Part shown: piece after piece, positions 61,386 to 64,000 of the stretch
Layout: every line of letters begins with the position of its first letter
Numbering within the stretch: the first letter of the stretch is position 1
NCBI GenBank assembly: GCA_046290225.1
Contig: JBKAGE010000077.1
Span: forward strand, 32,001 to 96,000
Length of the DNA: 64,000 nucleotides
Source: Bradymonadia bacterium
GTDB taxonomy: Bacteria; Myxococcota_A; Bradymonadia; UBA7976; UBA1532
Direction: 5' to 3'
Notes under the pieces: model-generated
What the model saw: the letters and a program-made list of their open reading frames with translations, nothing else
Told to the model about the DNA's origin: nothing
Database searches by the model: none
Program-made: the position numbers and the translations under genes

Positions 61386-61850
61386 TTACTCCTCGCCCTC
61401 GTCACCGGGGCAGCCCGAGGGACAGCCGGCCTCGCCACCCTCGCCATCGTCGGGGCAACCAGCGGGGCAACCCGCCTCGCCGCCCTCACCGTCACCGGGG
61501 CAACCACCGGGGCAGCCGGCCTCACCACCGGCGGGGCAACCTGCAGGACAGCCTGCATCACCACCGGCTGCGGGGCAACCAGCGGGGCAACCGGCAGGGC
61601 AGCCCGCAGGGCAGCCTGCGTCACCACCAGCTGCGGGGCAACCGCCGGGGCAGCCAGCCTCACCACCGGCGGGGCAGCCTGCGGGGCACCCGGCCTCACC
61701 GCCCATGGCCTCACCGCCGCTGCCGGCTGCGGCCTCACCACCGCTGCCGCCGCTGCCGCCATCATCATCATCGTCACAGCCACCAGCGGCGAGGCCGATG
61801 CCGCCAGAAAGCAGAGCCATAGCCAGGATCTTGGAGGTCGACTTGAACAT
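61386..61850 (-). CDS. Putative MNIO RiPP precursor; lipoprotein-like, 16 Gly-Cys-Pro motifs
   Basis: MFKSTSKILAMALLSGGIGLAAGG-C-DDDDD then [ED]AGCPxGCP repeats; ends 6 bp before the DUF692 start; GGGGAAG RBS-like site upstream. Confidence 0.85.
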   Translation of the reverse strand: MFKSTSKILAMALLSGGIGLAAGGCDDDDDGGSGGSGGEAAAGSGGEAMGGEAGCPAGCPAGGEAGCPGGCPAAGGDAGCPAGCPAGCPAGCPAAGGDAGCPAGCPAGGEAGCPGGCPGDGEGGEAGCPAGCPDDGEGGEAGCPSGCPGDEGEE

Positions 61851-61952
61851 ATTTACTTCCCCATATGGTCGTTATTGCACTGCGCTCGGGACGTCAGGCC
61901 CCTGGCGATGTGTACATGACATCGGGCTTCACAGCACAGTGCTAGGGAAAGA

Positions 61953-61979
61953 TACGTGGGGTGGAAAAAAGGTGTTACA
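61953..61979 (-). promoter_or_regulatory. ECF sigma-type promoter for the MNIO operon
   Basis: Minus strand TGTAAC-N17-CGTA about 100 nt upstream of the precursor ATG, with AT-rich sequence further upstream. Confidence 0.65.
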
Positions 61980-62191
61980 ACTGTTTTGTTTTTTTGCTGA
62001 AACAGCACAAAAAACGAGTTGAACCTGTATCAAAGGCGCAAATTTAGCGGGTACGAATATGTTGGCAAATCACTCAACGTGAAGTCCATTTCAATTATTC
62101 GGACTCGTCATTGCGTTTACCTTGATGATTGAGCACACACCAAAGTGCAGCTGTGTGGCAGGCAGGTTGCACCGATCATCGGAGCGCGTGC

Positions 62192-63088
62192 TCAGGCTGC
62201 GTGGGCGTTCATGCGGGCGGGGCTGCCCGAGAGCGTACGCTCGAAGAACGCGTCCATGACTGCCCAGAGCCCCTGACCAGCGCCGCGACGAAAGCCGCGA
62301 AAATGCCCAATTGCTGAAGCGCCCAAATCCTCGGGTCGATACACCGAGTGCTCGGTGGGGGCACGGGGCAGCAAATGTACGAAGTCTGCAGTGGCCTCCG
62401 GCGTGATGTACGTATCATCCGTCACCGAGAGGTGCAGGTTCGGCACCTCGAGGGGTGCCATGATCGAGCGGATCAGCTCGCGCTCTTCTCGCGTGAAGTA
62501 ACCAGGGGTGCTGCAACGCCGCGCCCACTCTCGAGCCACCCCACCAGGCAAATCTTCAGAGGTGCCCATCCAACCGGGCAAATAACCGATGAGCCGCGCC
62601 GTCGTGGGCATGAGCATCTTCAATTGCCACATGCGCCGCCGGCGGAGATGGGCCGGTGCGAGGCCATAGTACCCGCTCCCCGAAGCCACAGTGATCGAGC
62701 CTGTGGGCTCGTGCAAGGCACCGGTCCTCAACATGGCGTGACCGCCGAAGCTGTGACCCACATAGAACAATGGTCGACCCGCAGCGCGCCCTCGGCCCTG
62801 GTCGCATGCCGCCCGGAAGTCCTTGAACATCCAGTCGCTCATGCTGATAGCGTCACCCTTGATCGAACCCCGGCGAGATCCGCCGATGCCCCGATAATCA
62901 TAGGTAAAGACTGTGTGTCCCTGCCCCACGAGGTGCTCGGCATATTGATCGTAATACCCCTGAGGCACCGCTGTGGCGGGATGCATGACCGTCACAGGTC
63001 CGTCATCTGCCGTGTGCTCTGCAGTGAACCAGCGCCCCGCGAGCAGGTGGCCGTCGGTGGACTCGAATTCGATGGGGGTGATCTGCAT
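62192..63088 (-). CDS. Predicted alpha/beta hydrolase
   Basis: PATAV, YDYRGIG, GHSFGG nucleophile elbow, DD acid, GHF. Confidence 0.9.
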   Translation of the reverse strand: MQITPIEFESTDGHLLAGRWFTAEHTADDGPVTVMHPATAVPQGYYDQYAEHLVGQGHTVFTYDYRGIGGSRRGSIKGDAISMSDWMFKDFRAACDQGRGRAAGRPLFYVGHSFGGHAMLRTGALHEPTGSITVASGSGYYGLAPAHLRRRRMWQLKMLMPTTARLIGYLPGWMGTSEDLPGGVAREWARRCSTPGYFTREERELIRSIMAPLEVPNLHLSVTDDTYITPEATADFVHLLPRAPTEHSVYRPEDLGASAIGHFRGFRRGAGQGLWAVMDAFFERTLSGSPARMNAHAA

Positions 63089-63190
63089 GGCGACCTCCGA
63101 GAGGATACGTGAGATTGCACAGATGAAACGTGCTCAACTGTTGTAAACAAGATGATGAGCCGATACCCCAGAAGACAAACGAAAGTAGAC

Positions 63191-63204
63191 TTGCAAAAAC
63201 GCAA
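63191..63204. promoter_or_regulatory. Possible LysR operator dyad
   Basis: TTGC-N6-GCAA abutting the LysR start, between divergent genes. Confidence 0.45.
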
Positions 63205-64000
63205 TGCCAGATAACGTACCCGGTCTGAAGTGGGATGACGTGCCCTATGTACTCGCCGCGGTTCGCCTCGGCTCGTGCGCCGCTGCGGCCCGCACCCTCG
63301 GCGTGGCGGTGACCACGGTGACACGCCGTATCGCGGCCTTCGAAGCCGCCATCGGGCGCCCGGTGGTCCGCCTCACCCGAGATGGTGTCAGCCTCACTGA
63401 GGCAGGTGCCGGCCTCATGGATCATATGGTGCGTATCGAAGAGGCCATGGTGGGGCTCTCACGACAGCTGAAGAGCGGTGATCACCCCTCGGGACCTGTG
63501 CGCGTCACCACCCTGGAGACTGTGGCTACGGCGTTCCTGGCACCCAACGTCGGGGCCTTCGTCGAACAGCACCCGGACATCGAGCTCACTTTGAAGGGTG
63601 AAAACCGCTCCGCCGACCTTCTGCGGGGTGAGGCCGACATCTCCGTGCGTCTAGGACGCCCTCGACAGAAAGATCTCGTGGTACGCCGGCTGGGCCTGGT
63701 GCACTTCGATCTCTTCGCCTCCGCGGGCTACATCGAGCGCTGGGGCCGCCCTGATCCGGAGCACCTCGACGGGCACCGCCTGGTGACATTCACCCGGGAC
63801 TTCAACCACATCTTCATCGTGCAGTGGCTCTCGGAGCGCTCCCAAGGGGCCCAGGTGGTGTGCCGGTCGGTCCACACCACCACACTCCTCGAGATGATCC
63901 GAAGCGGCGCCGGGATCGGGCTGCTGCCCACGCGTATGGGCGAGGGGCTGGTGCCTCTGAACGCCCAGAATCTGCCTGGCGCTCCGCTGTGGCTGGCGTT
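63204..64000 (+). CDS. LysR-family regulator (runs off the right edge)
   Basis: Not in the ORF track. Manual translation MPDNVPGLKWDDVPYVLAAVRLGSCAAAARTLGVAVTTVTRRIAAFE...ADLLRGEADISVR. Confidence 0.9.
   Translation, partial: MPDNVPGLKWDDVPYVLAAVRLGSCAAAARTLGVAVTTVTRRIAAFEAAIGRPVVRLTRDGVSLTEAGAGLMDHMVRIEEAMVGLSRQLKSGDHPSGPVRVTTLETVATAFLAPNVGAFVEQHPDIELTLKGENRSADLLRGEADISVRLGRPRQKDLVVRRLGLVHFDLFASAGYIERWGRPDPEHLDGHRLVTFTRDFNHIFIVQWLSERSQGAQVVCRSVHTTTLLEMIRSGAGIGLLPTRMGEGLVPLNAQNLPGAPLWLA

Noticed and set aside
61386..61850. Metallothionein or spurious low-complexity ORF as the explanation for the Cys-rich gene
   Set aside because: Export signal, RBS-like site, promoter and position directly before a DUF692/DUF2063 pair fit a RiPP precursor better; unmodified metal binding is not excluded

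Overview
GC-rich bacterial chromosome segment, probably Myxococcota-like deltaproteobacterial (inferred from the gene content: lipoproteins with Gly-rich tethers, RCC1/TSP3 proteins, a lipoprotein serpin, a DUF4157 protein, STAS/SpoIIE signalling). It has about 45 supportable CDSs and no rRNA, convincing tRNA, CRISPR array or transposase. The main points of interest are: (1) a five-gene minus-strand operon (61850->58061) behind an ECF-type promoter, encoding a lipoprotein-like precursor with 16 Gly-Cys-Pro motifs, a DUF692/MNIO enzyme, its DUF2063 partner and two CxxCH proteins, i.e. a candidate membrane-anchored multivalent MNIO RiPP system; (2) a DUF4157 + 5x annexin-like repeat + zinc-protease candidate effector followed by three translationally coupled genes (candidate immunity, prenyltransferase-barrel-like, CpXC); (3) a family of intergenic inverted-repeat elements made of co-varying GNA/GTCA-loop mini-hairpins, suggesting function as single-stranded DNA; (4) a 3537-aa six-module RCC1 protein with Gly-rich inserts and a left-handed beta-helix, plus a shorter paralog. 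All family assignments come from reading motifs by eye; no searches were run.
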